This document shows, piece after piece, positions 49,512 through 60,494 of a stretch of 64,000 nt of DNA. Source of the stretch: Azolla caroliniana (lineage: Eukaryota; Plantae; Polypodiophyta). The notes under the pieces are model-generated. The model worked only from the letters and a program-made list of their open reading frames with translations. It did not search any database and was not told the origin of the DNA. The DNA lies in assembly GCA_043228905.1 (NCBI GenBank), contig JBHGNT010000012.1, positions 4,464,001 to 4,528,000 on the forward strand. The letters are read 5' to 3'. Position 1 is the stretch's first letter. Each line of letters begins with the position of its first letter. The position numbers and the translations under genes were made by a program.

Positions 49512-51614
49512 ATGGAGAATCAACAAGAGGCGATGAACATGATGATGATGATGGTTGAGCGGATGCAACAAGAACAACGCGCGATGACGGAGATGAAGGC
49601 GGCAGTAGAGCGGCTTGTGCGACGAAATGGGGAATTCAACGGAAATGATGTGTCACGCTATCTACGTGACTACAAAGGGGAGATGATGCGATGTGGGATA
49701 CCGGAAGGATTGCAAGTGATATCCTTCAGTCGGGTAGCCACGAATGAGTTACAAGAAAGAATCTACAAGATACGGCAACAAAATCAAACATGGGGGTCCT
49801 TTGAAGAAGCTTTACGAGAGGCATATGACTACGAGAGATCGAAGGGACGAGATCGGCGAGAGTTTGATGAATGGGTGGCATCGAAGAAGACCCACCGAAG
49901 TGCAACACAAGCATTCCTAGAGTTCGAGCATCATTTTGCTCGACTCTCAGAGCAGGAACAACGATTGGTGGAGGAGGATAAAGTCCTAATGTTCGTAAAA
50001 TAGATCGATCGAAAAGAAAGGATGGACATCGGGATCGAACTCGAAGACGATGACGGTACGAATGGTCTTACCGAAGATTGGGCCGAAGTCCAAAGGGTAT
50101 GCCGGAGACATGATGAGAGGAAGATGAGAATCTTGTCAACGACATAGCCGATGAAGGATGGTCGATTGAAGACAAACGATGGAGCCGATATGAAGGCCGA
50201 AATACAACATGATGGTGCGACGGAAGAGGGTGTAAAACAAGCTACCCTCTTGTCTTGCGAAAGAACGACGACGAAGGATAAGGCCGATAACCCAAGTGTA
50301 GAAGAAGATTTCAGAATACAAATGTCCGAAACATCGGGTGAAAAAGGGGTAAGCATAATTGATGCAATGAAAGAGAGCAAGGAGGACTTGATTGAGGAGG
50401 TCACCACGAAAGATGACATCGAATCGAAGGTGGCTATGGACGAATCAACGACAGATGGCCATATCGAGACTTCCCCACCACTGATTCCAGAGACTCCGGC
50501 GGTTGCATTCGAAAGGCAACGTGAGACCGAAGAGACGGAAGGTGGCGGAGAGAAAACAAAGGTCGAAGCCGATGCGTATGACGGAGAGATAGCCGAGAAT
50601 ATGGTTATGGGTGAAACAACGGAGGATGATAATACCGAGGATTCCTACCCACTAATTCTAGAGACTTCGGCGGTTGTGTCCGAGAACCAACATGAGACCG
50701 GAGAGACGGGAGGTGGCAGCAAGGAAGGTAAAGTCGGAAGCCGGTTCGGATGGAAGATGATCCGTCTGAAATTCCGATGTAAACAAAAGCACGACAACGA
50801 GAAGGTCGGGTCTACGATGGGAGAAGCATGTAATACGGAGCACGCATTACGGCACCAAAAGAAGCACGTGCTACGGCGTAAAGAGAAGCACACGCTACGG
50901 CGCAAAAAGAAGCACGCGCTACGGTGCAAAAAGAAGCATGCACTACGGGGTAATACAACACATGCACTACAATGGAATACGAAGCATGCGCTACGGCCTA
51001 ATACGACGCATGCGCAACATCGAGAAATAAAGCATGCATTAAACCCGCACAAGGACCTAACAGCGAGCGCGTATTCGGAGATCGACATCGACGCGTGGGT
51101 AGAACCTACGGAAGACAAGCGCGGAGTGGAGAGAGACAACACACCGAGATGCTCAAGAGTACCACAAGGGACCATGACAACCACTCATGGCAATGCAAAG
51201 AATGAACGAAGATTATGGTGGATCGAATGGCGACAATGGTTCGGGTGGAAAGAATGGATGTGCTCAAAATGGAGAGACAAAGCTGACATAGCGAGAGAAA
51301 CGAAGGGTACAACAAGTAACGAAGAATTACGAGGGTCGGTAACCGGAGACCGGACAGAGCCGGCAACTGAACTGAACCGAAAACCGGGCGGAGTCGGCAA
51401 CCAAAAACCGGAGACCGAACGGGGCCAGCAACCAAAAATGACCAGTGACGAAACCAACCATGCGGAGAACGGACGGACGAGACTAACAATCACCGACAAC
51501 TTCGGCACATACCGGAGGATGTGCGGGTTCGGAGGGGGCGAGTGTCGTAGTGTATTCCACACACTACGTGAAAACCATAAAATAATATATCCGATTTTAG
51601 ATACATATAAATAA
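49512..51614 (+). pseudogene. gag-like ORF with acidic repeats and basic HALR repeats; two in-frame stops; no PR/RT/INT
   Basis: ORFs 49425..50003 (GEFNGNDVSRYLRDY) and 50151..51614 are in the same frame, separated by TAG codons at 50001 and 50145. Confidence 0.7.
50838..51042 (+). repeat. About 8.5 x 24-bp coding tandem repeat
   Basis: gcacgcgctacggcgcaaaaagaa-type units encoding H[ATV]L[RQ]xxKK. Confidence 0.88.
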
Positions 51615-51644
51615 ATAAAATAAGAATATCAAAATATTTATCAC

Positions 51645-51712
51645 GTGCATAGGGCAAGATTCAAACCCTATACCTCCATGTAGCCAAACCTCAACTTTAC
51701 CATTATGCTACC
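51645..51712 (-). ncRNA. tRNA-like Pol III module in 3' LTR
   Basis: LTR copy of 48785-48852. Confidence 0.6.
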
Positions 51713-54700
51713 TTATCTTTAGTGTTCTACAAATAGATTTAATAACTATAAGTGCTTTATTTGCGCCTACCTTTATTAAAAGGTAAATCATGCATTTTTA
51801 GAGTGCGTGAATATTTTATAGAAAAATGCAAGCAACTAAAAAGTGACTCATGCACATCTAGCGTGCATGAGCACTATATTTAGCAAATAAAAGCAAGGAT
51901 TAGAAAAGCATCACATGCACATTTAGTGTGCATGAACATATTAGAAAAAAAAGCATGTAGCTATGCTTAGTCTCTCCCATCACTACATAAGGATGGGGAG
52001 CACAATGTAATAGGTGTGTGAAATATTTGGAAATTGGATATATTTCCGAAAACACCAACCGATTAATATAATCGTGGGATTCACGAAAATAATATAATCT
52101 ATACTTGTGGGATTCACAAGTTTCTTATATCTTTCTTTCAATCTAAATACATATTCTTATCTAAATATTAATTAATCGAATACAATACACTCGTGGGATT
52201 CAGGAAATTTCTATCTCTCTTTCTAATAATCTATTCATTACTAGCCTCATCTCATATTCTTCTTTCTCCTAGTCCAAAACCTCAGTGGTTCCCACCCGAC
52301 TCACGCAACGATCCGGCGCCGAAAGGCATGACAACGGTAACGGACGCCTTCCCACTTCCATTCACGGATGGAGTCCTGGATGCGGTCGCCGGTCATAAGG
52401 TGTAAAGTTTACTGGACGGTTTCAATGGCTATAATTAGATCCAGATGCACCCCACCGACCAGGAGAAAACCTCTTTTGTCACCGAATGGGGAGTCTTTGT
52501 TGCTATAGTGATGATTTTCGGATTGAAAACGGCGCCGACAACCTTCCGGCGGATCATCATGGAGATTTTCGGAGAATTCATTCTGGCATTCATGCAGGTG
52601 TTCTTGGACGACTTTGCTGTTTATAGCCAGGAAGGAGATCACTTTCAGTACCTCCGACTATGTCTGGAGAAATGTAGGGTTTACTGACTAAGCCTGAACC
52701 CAGCAAAATGCGTGTTCGGAGTAACCAGCGGAGCGTTACTGGGCCACATAGTAAGTAAGGACGGTATCGCAGTGGATCCGGACAAAGTAAAAGAAATCCT
52801 GGAGGCACTGGCACCAGCCACAACAAAGGCACTAAGCCAGTTCTTAGGACAAATTCGGTGGCATAGCAGAATGCTCCGGTATCTAGCAGACCTGGCTACA
52901 CCAATGCATACCGCAGTACATCGGACACCGTTCCGATGGACGGACACAGAGCCCAGGCTTACCGGGCACTAAAAGTACTGTTGTCACAAGCGCCAGTGGT
53001 GAAACCTCTGGATTGGTCCAAAGAGTCCCATGTGTTCGTTGACGCATCCGACATCGCAATCGGGAGCGCACTGATGCAACTGACAGAACTGAAATGGTAC
53101 CAGCCAGTCTATTATGCCAGCCGGAAGCTGTCCCAAGCGGAACAAAATTATTCCACAACGGAAAGGGAGGCCTTGGGTATGATCTACAATGTCACCAAGT
53201 TTAGACACTATCTGTTGGGAAGGAAATTTTCCTTTCATGTAGATCATTCGGCGCTCCTCTACTTGGTGTCCAAAGCATCACTCATCATTCGATGGACGTT
53301 ACTATTGAAAGAATTCAAGTTCGAGATATTCCACTGACCCGGCATACAACATGCGGTAGGAGACTATTTAAGCCGGTTGGATTCCGGCGAAACCGGTGAC
53401 GGAGTCCCAGACGACTTTCCAGATGCAGAGTTGTTTAGAGTCACTGCAAAAACGGCATCGGATAGTACGGTCACAGAGGAAGACAAGTGGCTTACCAACA
53501 TGCACCAATTTCTGAGCACCGGCTTACCTCCGGAGGAGATGAACAGAGACGAGAGGAAACGCTTAGCAGTTCAAAGCCAGCACTTCTGTCTATTACAGGA
53601 CACATTGTACCACAAAGGCGTCGATGGCATATGGCGGCATGCAGTGTGCAGCGACGAAAAGGACATAATATTGCGCGAAGCACACTGCGGCGTGGCTGGA
53701 GGACATTATGTCGGAGACGCTACGGCAAGGAAAATATGGCAGAGTGGATTATGGTGGCCGACAACATTGAAGGATGCAGTCCGGTACGCTAAAGAATGCG
53801 ACCTATGTCAACGAATGGGCCAACCAACTGAACAAGGCAGAATGCCCCATCAGCCCGTGCTACTGTTAGAACCATTTCAGAAATGGGGGCTGGATTTTGT
53901 CAGTCCATTCAAACCACCGGCCATGAGAACCGGCAACCGATACGTGATTGTCGCTACGGATTACTGCACGAAATGGGTGGAAGCAAAAGCACTACGAGAC
54001 AACACCGCAGCATCCACGGCAAAAATTTTATATGAATGCATCTGGTGCCGGTATGGATGTCCGATAGAGCTCATAAGTGACCAAGGAGGGAACTTCTTAG
54101 GGCAAGTAGTGGAAAGTTTGATGACATTTTATGCGGTGGTGCACAAACAGAGCACTCCCTATTATCCGCAAGCCAACATATTAGCAGAGTCAACAAATAA
54201 AACACTCCAGAACATCCTGCGAAAAATCGTCAATGAGAACCGGACGGATTGGGATACAAAGCTACATAGTGCCCTCTGGGCCTACCGAACGGCATATAAG
54301 ACGAGTATCCGCACGACACCGTTTCTTCTAGCATTCGGATTGGAAGCAGTGATGCCAGTAGAGTTCCAGGTACCAAGTTTACGGATACAGATTTGGGAAC
54401 GCCTAAATGAGAAGGAATCAAAAGCTATCCGGTTAAGCGCGCTGTGCAAATTTGAAGAACACCGGCTAGCCAGCATCATGCACCTAGAACTAGAGCAACG
54501 GCGAAGGAAAGCGTTCGTTGATCGTCACCGAAAAGGGAACGAAAAGATGTTCGGAATCGGTAAACCGGTACTCGTGTTCTAGACCCGGATGGGTAAGATG
54601 CTAGGAAAGCTACTATTTCGGTGGACCGGACCATATTGGATTACGCGTGAGTTCAACGGTTCCTACCAATTAGGGACACTTACCGGCGAGGTTCTGGGTA

Positions 54701-55095
54701 AATGGGTCAATGGGTTCTGACTCAAACCATACAATAGACCCATGCCAAGAAACCCATTTGAACAAGTGAAGGGCGACACAGAATCGGACACCGGTAAGTC
54801 GGAAGCGACGGCAAGCGGTCCAGCGGCTGGCAAGGACCACAATCCGGATAGGGATCCTGTAGGACCGGTTTCGAATTAGCAAAACCATTTAAAACAAATC
54901 AAATCAAATCAAAGTAAATCATGCAAGGGAGAGGAGTGAACGGACACATGCAAAAACACGGAGTGAACAGGCACTTTGAAAAGGTACGTAGTGGGCTATT
55001 AATAGGGTATTAAACTACCGCCACATGGCACGACATTCTATTTTAGTACACGACGTGCACACGCGCGGGTAAGGAAAAAAAAAACAGGCGCCAAC

Positions 55096-57760
55096 ATGCA
55101 ACAAGAAGACCATCTCCACGTAGAAATCCTCACATTTCGCAAACGGAGGAGCATAAACGCAGACAGGCGATTGAAGATCAGCAGACGCGAGCCCACGCAC
55201 ATAGAGACTCCTCACACACAACCTTCACCAACACTCACCGACCTCAACGAAGCAATGGACTGCCAAACACTCTTTGAAGCAACCAAGAAGTGGCTAAGGC
55301 AACACGGCTTAGAGGGTTTCCTCACCATCATGGAGGCGCCACCGCACCGGGAGGCGGAGAAGATAGTCAAAGAAATCGACACGGAGCTGATTACTGAGGA
55401 GGCCATCCATGCGTTGATTGGTCTTCTGGAAGGGGGAATCTTCAATATCGACAACCCTACCCCGGAACAACTCCAAAAATATTTTGGGGAATAATCTCTA
55501 GCAAGCAAGGCCTACCGGACACAGGGCAGCGAAGATCCACTCTTTCGAGAGATTTCCCATGTGCTCCATGAATTTGGACATGTATACCCTCGACCCCCGT
55601 GCATGCCCCAGAACCGGGCCGGCTTAATCATAGCCATATATGAAGGCGTGAAGGTGGACTGGGCAGTACTGATTGCGGATGGCCTCTGTCAGGGGCAAGG
55701 AGGGTCGGAAGATATGGACGGCAGTGGCGCAATGGCTCACCCTATTGGCACCACCTATCGAGCCTATCAAGACCACGAAGCGGGGAAGAACAACCGAAGG
55801 CAACCCGAAAACGGCCTTGAAACGGCAATAGTTGTTGGCTTCTAAGGCAACCAAAGGGAAGGCGGTCGACACGGACCAGGCGGCAAAGGAGCGCGCCAAT
55901 AGGAAGCGGCAGGCAGAAATGCAGGAGGAGCCACCGGTACGGCCAATCAAGATCAGGCTTAGCCAACCGGTTCAACAAGCGTCGGACCCCTTGGCAGCGA
56001 AAATCAACATCGGGACTCAAGAGGAGGAAGCGGAGGAGGAACTATTAGAGCACCTCTAGCAGCGCCAGAAGGCAAGCACCTCCAAACATGCCGAGGAGCG
56101 TTCGAACCCAAAGAAGGATGGAATGCCTGTACCCTGCACTAAGCAACCCGCACCAAGGATGGAACCGGAACCGGTTCGGACAGAACCGGTCACAGAGCTC
56201 CCGGCACAACAACCTCTACCGGCGGGTCAGGATACGACAAGACCCGAAATGCAAGCGCCAAAAGTACAGTTGCCTACCCCATTGGGAGGCCAAGAGCATT
56301 CAGAGGCGGAGCAGCCAATGGAGCCGCAACCAGAACGGCAAAGTGGTCACCAAGAAGAGCCAGAGTTGCAACTCGATGCAATTGGACAAAACCGACCACT
56401 GGCTAGCGACACCAACAGCCAACCTTCCGGGCAGACGCAACAACAGGGCACCGGTAGCCAAGGGCTCCGGTGGATTGGAGAACAGATTGTTGGAGTGGTA
56501 CATTACATAGAGGCGGAAGAGAAAGCGTAGATGGACCGGTTGCTCGTCACAACCGGTGAACTAGAGACGGCCCGGTCAAGGATCCAGAGCCTAGAACAAG
56601 ACTTGGACTGGGCCACAGAAGAATTGGCCAAAATGGCCTTAACCGGACCACAACTCCAATCACCGGTGACTCCAATAGATGTACAAAATAAAGAAGCATC
56701 GGCACCTGTACATAGCAATAAGACCCCGGAGACGGAACCAGTCCCAGAAGATAGTGGCGGCACAAGCAAAAGAGCTTGCTGAATTAAGAGATGAACTGGC
56801 CGCACAGGAAGCATTACGCACCCGAGAGCAAGACTTGAAGAAAGCGGTCAAAGAAGAGCAACGAAAGACGGTTGAGAACCTCCGCCGGGCAGAAGAGAAT
56901 CTGCGAAAAGGACATCAGGCCTATGACCGGCTGAAGGAGGAGAAAGAGAAGGCGCTGCAAGAAAAGGAGAAGTTGCGACGGATGGCGGAAACAAAGATCG
57001 AAAGGCTGAAAGAAGAACTCCGTCAACAGAAGGACCGGGAAGACCGCGCTCACCGGCAACTCAATCAAAAGCTAAAGTAGAAGACCAATGATTTTGAGCA
57101 CCTGCACCAGGACTACAAGCACCTGGATACGAGGCATAAGAAATAGCAGGAGAAGATGGCAGAGCTCCGGCAGGAGGTGCATCGAGTTGCGAAGGCGCTG
57201 GCGGAGGAACGGGAGGAAAGAACCACGCTGCTGGAGGAAGCCGCACAAGAATGGATGGAGCTGGATAAGCAGCATTATGAAGAGAAGGAAAGAGTGACGA
57301 TGGTCTTGCAAAGGCTGCAAAACACCTATCAAACCCAATTGTCACATTACTGGGAGCAGGAGGTGGATACGGTGGCACTGATCAAACAGTTAAAGGACGA
57401 ATGGCAAGCCGCAGAGGGTAAATTGAAGATGGGATTGGAGCGGATCCAGTTCATTGTCCAGGCATGGAGAAACAAGACCAAACGCTTGATTGACGAGAGC
57501 TCCGCGCTATGGTGGGACAAATGGGCAAAGCACACAACCGAGATCCAGTTGTTATGGGCGGACGCGAAAAACCGGCAGAAGGATGGCGACGACTGCTACA
57601 TGCTAACGAAGGAGAACATCACCGCCGTAAGAGATGAGTTAGCCGAGATTTTGTAACTCTGGCGAGGAGCAGTTAGTAGTGGTCCGACAACTTGTAGCAC
57701 AACTAGATGATGATCGACTAGATGCTCAAATCCAGTTTGAGAGCTATGAGCAGACCAGGC
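55096..57760 (+). pseudogene. Extra ORF 3' of integrase in Gypsy C (globular N-terminus, Pro/Glu linker, coiled coil, Trp-rich C-terminus)
   Basis: ORFs 55096..55494, 55561.., 55832..56059, 56123..56782, 56679..57080, 57156..57656. Confidence 0.7.
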
Positions 57761-59337
57761 TACGGAGAGAAGAAGCAAAGCAGGCGGCGACCGTCAACCT
57801 CAGCGATGAGGAGCCATCACCGGATTAAGGACCGGACGGAGACAAGGCCAGGGTGAGTCAACCGGAGTCAAATCCGGCGGAGCAGCTAACGGAGGAATCA
57901 CCGCCACAACCGTCGGTACCGGGAGCCGAACAGACGCTGAACGGACAGATCGGAATCGGTATGCCGATCCGGATCCAAATCGGTTCCGAACAGGTGCCGG
58001 TTGGCACCATTTTGTATGTAGCACCAGTGACCTATATAAAGGCCCGGTTACAATGTATAACTTTTAACGGAGAATTAATATAAGCTTCTTGTTTTATCTT
58101 CACGTATTGATTACCGTTCTATATTAATTGTTATATCTTACGCATGTATTAAGTGAATGCCTTATTGCTAAGTAGCCAATTAAGTTGGATTAATCGTTGT
58201 GTCTTAAGTTATCTCGCCGTAACACCCCTTTGGTGAAGTGTCTTCCAGAGACAGCCTGTGTTAGGCCATTGTCCGGCCCTAAGGATTAACAATTACCGAC
58301 ACTCTTTTCCCTTTTAAGGTGTTAGCAGTCCTTCTGGAAATATCCAGGCTTTCCACAATAAAAGCATACAATCTTACCTCTAGACTTCGACTTGGCTTGA
58401 GACTTTTCTCTCCTTGGTGGACTTCTTTGCCGGTTCCTTCCTTTGCCGATGTGTTGAGTCAAATTTGACTCTGACTAGACTAGGACACCCTTGTCCTTCC
58501 TTCTCGCTTCCTCATTCAAGATGTTTGTCTTCACCACTTGTAAAGACAAGTTCTCTTCTTGACAAGAGTTGCTGAGAGTAACCACCAGGTTCTCCCAATT
58601 ATCCGGCATTGTGCACATCAACCAGATGGCTTGCATAGCAACATCAAGGAGAAACTTGGTTGTAGCAAGTTGATTTACATACCCCATGAATGTGCTGATG
58701 TCTTCGACGATGCTCTCACCATCTCTGTATTTCAGCCGTACGATCTTTCTCATCAGTGAGGTTTTATTGAGGGCGTTCTTCCTCTCATATAGACCTGACA
58801 GCTTCTACCACATCTCGTGGGCATTTGTGTCGTTCGCTACATCCTGGAGGACACTTACATCGATGCACTGTTGGATGGTGGCCACCACCTTTCTATTAAG
58901 AAGTTTCCATTCCGACTCTAATACCCCCGTGGGTACTTCTACTCTGTCAATCGGCTCATACACGTCTTTGACTATGAGAAGGTCCTCCATCTTTATCTTC
59001 AAGTCTGCATAGTTCTAAGAGTTTAAAACTATAATTCCTAGGAACCCACTCACACCTCCTTCCATGCTTGCTCCTCAAGCTCTGATACCAGTTTGTTGAG
59101 AAACGCAGCATCAATCCACAAGAAAAGGATTATGTTGAAGTACAGAACTCTGAAACATAGAAAACTGTGTACACAGATTTAACGTTGAAACCCTAAAGTG
59201 GGAGATAACCACGGAGAACGGAGCTTCACTATATAGTGGATATACAACAATGAGATCAGAGTACAACACTCTCCCTACACAGAGTGTAAACAACCTCTCA
59301 AGGCTCTTGGCATATGGTGCTACTAAACACAGCTATG

Positions 59338-59388
59338 TGTCGTGACTTGAGAATAGGAGAGAGAAAAATAAGATGACAGTAGAAGGTA

Positions 59389-59430
<42 letters not shown>

Positions 59431-59800
59431 ACACTAGAGATGGAAAGAGAGTTTATATTATAAGAGAGCAAGGATTACAAAGAGTAGGCTAAGGGGCTAC
59501 AAACTTGTGTTGAACCGAATGAGTTGTGATGAATGAATAGACACCTATTTATAGGTCCTTATGGAGTATTCTGGAAAGTTCTAGAATATTTTAGATATTT
59601 ATGATATTTAATATAATCATGGAATATCCTAGAATGTTCTAGAATGTTCTAGAATACTCTAAATGTCTTGTAATAACTAATAATACATTTATTATAACTA
59701 TACATCATATATGTTAGTATAATGGTTAAAGGTCTAATATATAGACCAAGACGTCTTGAGCTCGAATCCTTGTAAGGCCAAAATGTATGTCGTCATGACA
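59338..59800 (-). mobile_element. Solo LTR (463 bp), TSD CTATG
   Basis: TGTCGTGAC...GTCATGACA termini, CTATG at 59333-59337 and 59801-59805. Orientation from minus-strand CCTATAAATAGG followed by (CT)n. Confidence 0.88.
59710..59780 (+). ncRNA. tRNA-like Pol III module in solo LTR
   Basis: TAGTATAATGGTTAA (A box), GGTCTA/TAGACC stem, GAGCTCGAATCC (B box). Confidence 0.55.
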
Positions 59801-60178
59801 CTATGGAGCCGCTCACTCTCTCTCACGTTCTCAAACACACTCTATATATATGTTCCGTTTGCCCTATGTGTATTTATACTAATACACAGAATGGGCTATT
59901 TATAGTCATGGCCATTATTGTTACCCAATAATAATAATAGTAGTCTTCCTAATTAGCCAACTCATTTGTCGACGGTCAGGTCAGTCTGATTGGTTGGGTT
60001 GGTCATTGACCATCCAGTCGGCCTGACTAGCCGGTTGTATCTTCATCCTCGATCAACTCTCTCTATGTCGACGGCTCAACTATTGGCTCTCATCCGATCA
60101 ATTGGTTGCTCCCTGTCTTCGATTTTCGGCTTTCTCTGAGCATTCGGCTACTCCCACTGGAGGGACATATTCCTAATA

Positions 60179-60494
60179 CTATGCTCTAGTCAATCTAGTC
60201 ATAATTGGACTTTCTTCTAGTGTGAGCCTCCGTTGAACCTCCTCCTCTGAGTTTATGTCAAGATTGGTTGCAATTGGTTTGGATGGAGTCGGCTCTAGTT
60301 CATACCATGATGCTGATTCGTTGAATATGACATCCCAACTCACTTGAGCTTTTCAAGTAGAAGGGTTATAACACTTATATCCCTTTTGTTCTAGCAAGTA
60401 CCCTACTAGGGTACATTTCTCCGACTTTGGATCGAGCTTTTGCCGCTTTTCATCACGAATGTGTACATATGCAACGGAGCCGAATATTCTGACG
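60179..60494 (-). pseudogene. Copia integrase C-terminal fragment
   Basis: RIFGSVAYVHI..KRQKLDPKSEKC..VGY..EQKGYKCYNP. Confidence 0.85.

Larger units (their letters stand above)
48683..52333 (+). mobile_element. Complete non-autonomous gag-only LTR element; 791-bp LTRs, tRNA-Trp PBS, 4-bp TSD ACGG
   Basis: LTRs 48683-49473 and 51543-52333 (~10 transitions), PBS TGGTGAACCCGACGTGAA 49478-49495, PPT GGAGGGGGCGAG 51531-51542, ACGG at 48679-48682 and 52334-52337. Confidence 0.93.
46573..54760 (+). pseudogene. gag-pol: Gypsy C gag C-terminus, PR, RT, RH, INT (fragmented, split by 48683-52333)
   Basis: ORFs 46573..47175 (two CCHC knuckles), 47263..47877, 47905..48690, 52445..53337, 53377..54582 (integrase core), GPYW motif ~54628. 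Confidence 0.92.
44246..58291 (+). mobile_element. Ty3/Gypsy element C (non-chromovirus), near full length, with extra 3' ORF
   Basis: 5' LTR 44246-44675, 3' LTR ~57937-58291 (lacks first ~75 bp and PPT), PBS TGGCGACCAC (tRNA-Arg-like) ~44682-44691, then gag, PR (IIDGGSDMNVI), RT, RH, INT. Confidence 0.92.
42147..60178 (-). mobile_element. Ty1/Copia element (same family as 39021), 3'-truncated, host of Gypsy C; 5' LTR 59094-60178 split by a solo LTR
   Basis: INT and RT start 42137-43550, gag 43934-44244 and 58292-59065, PBS TGGTATCAGAGC 59079-59090. Confidence 0.85.

Noticed and set aside
55096-57760. env gene or captured host myosin/SMC-like gene
   Set aside because: No signal peptide, transmembrane segment or introns are evident, and a homolog sits at the same position in another Gypsy.
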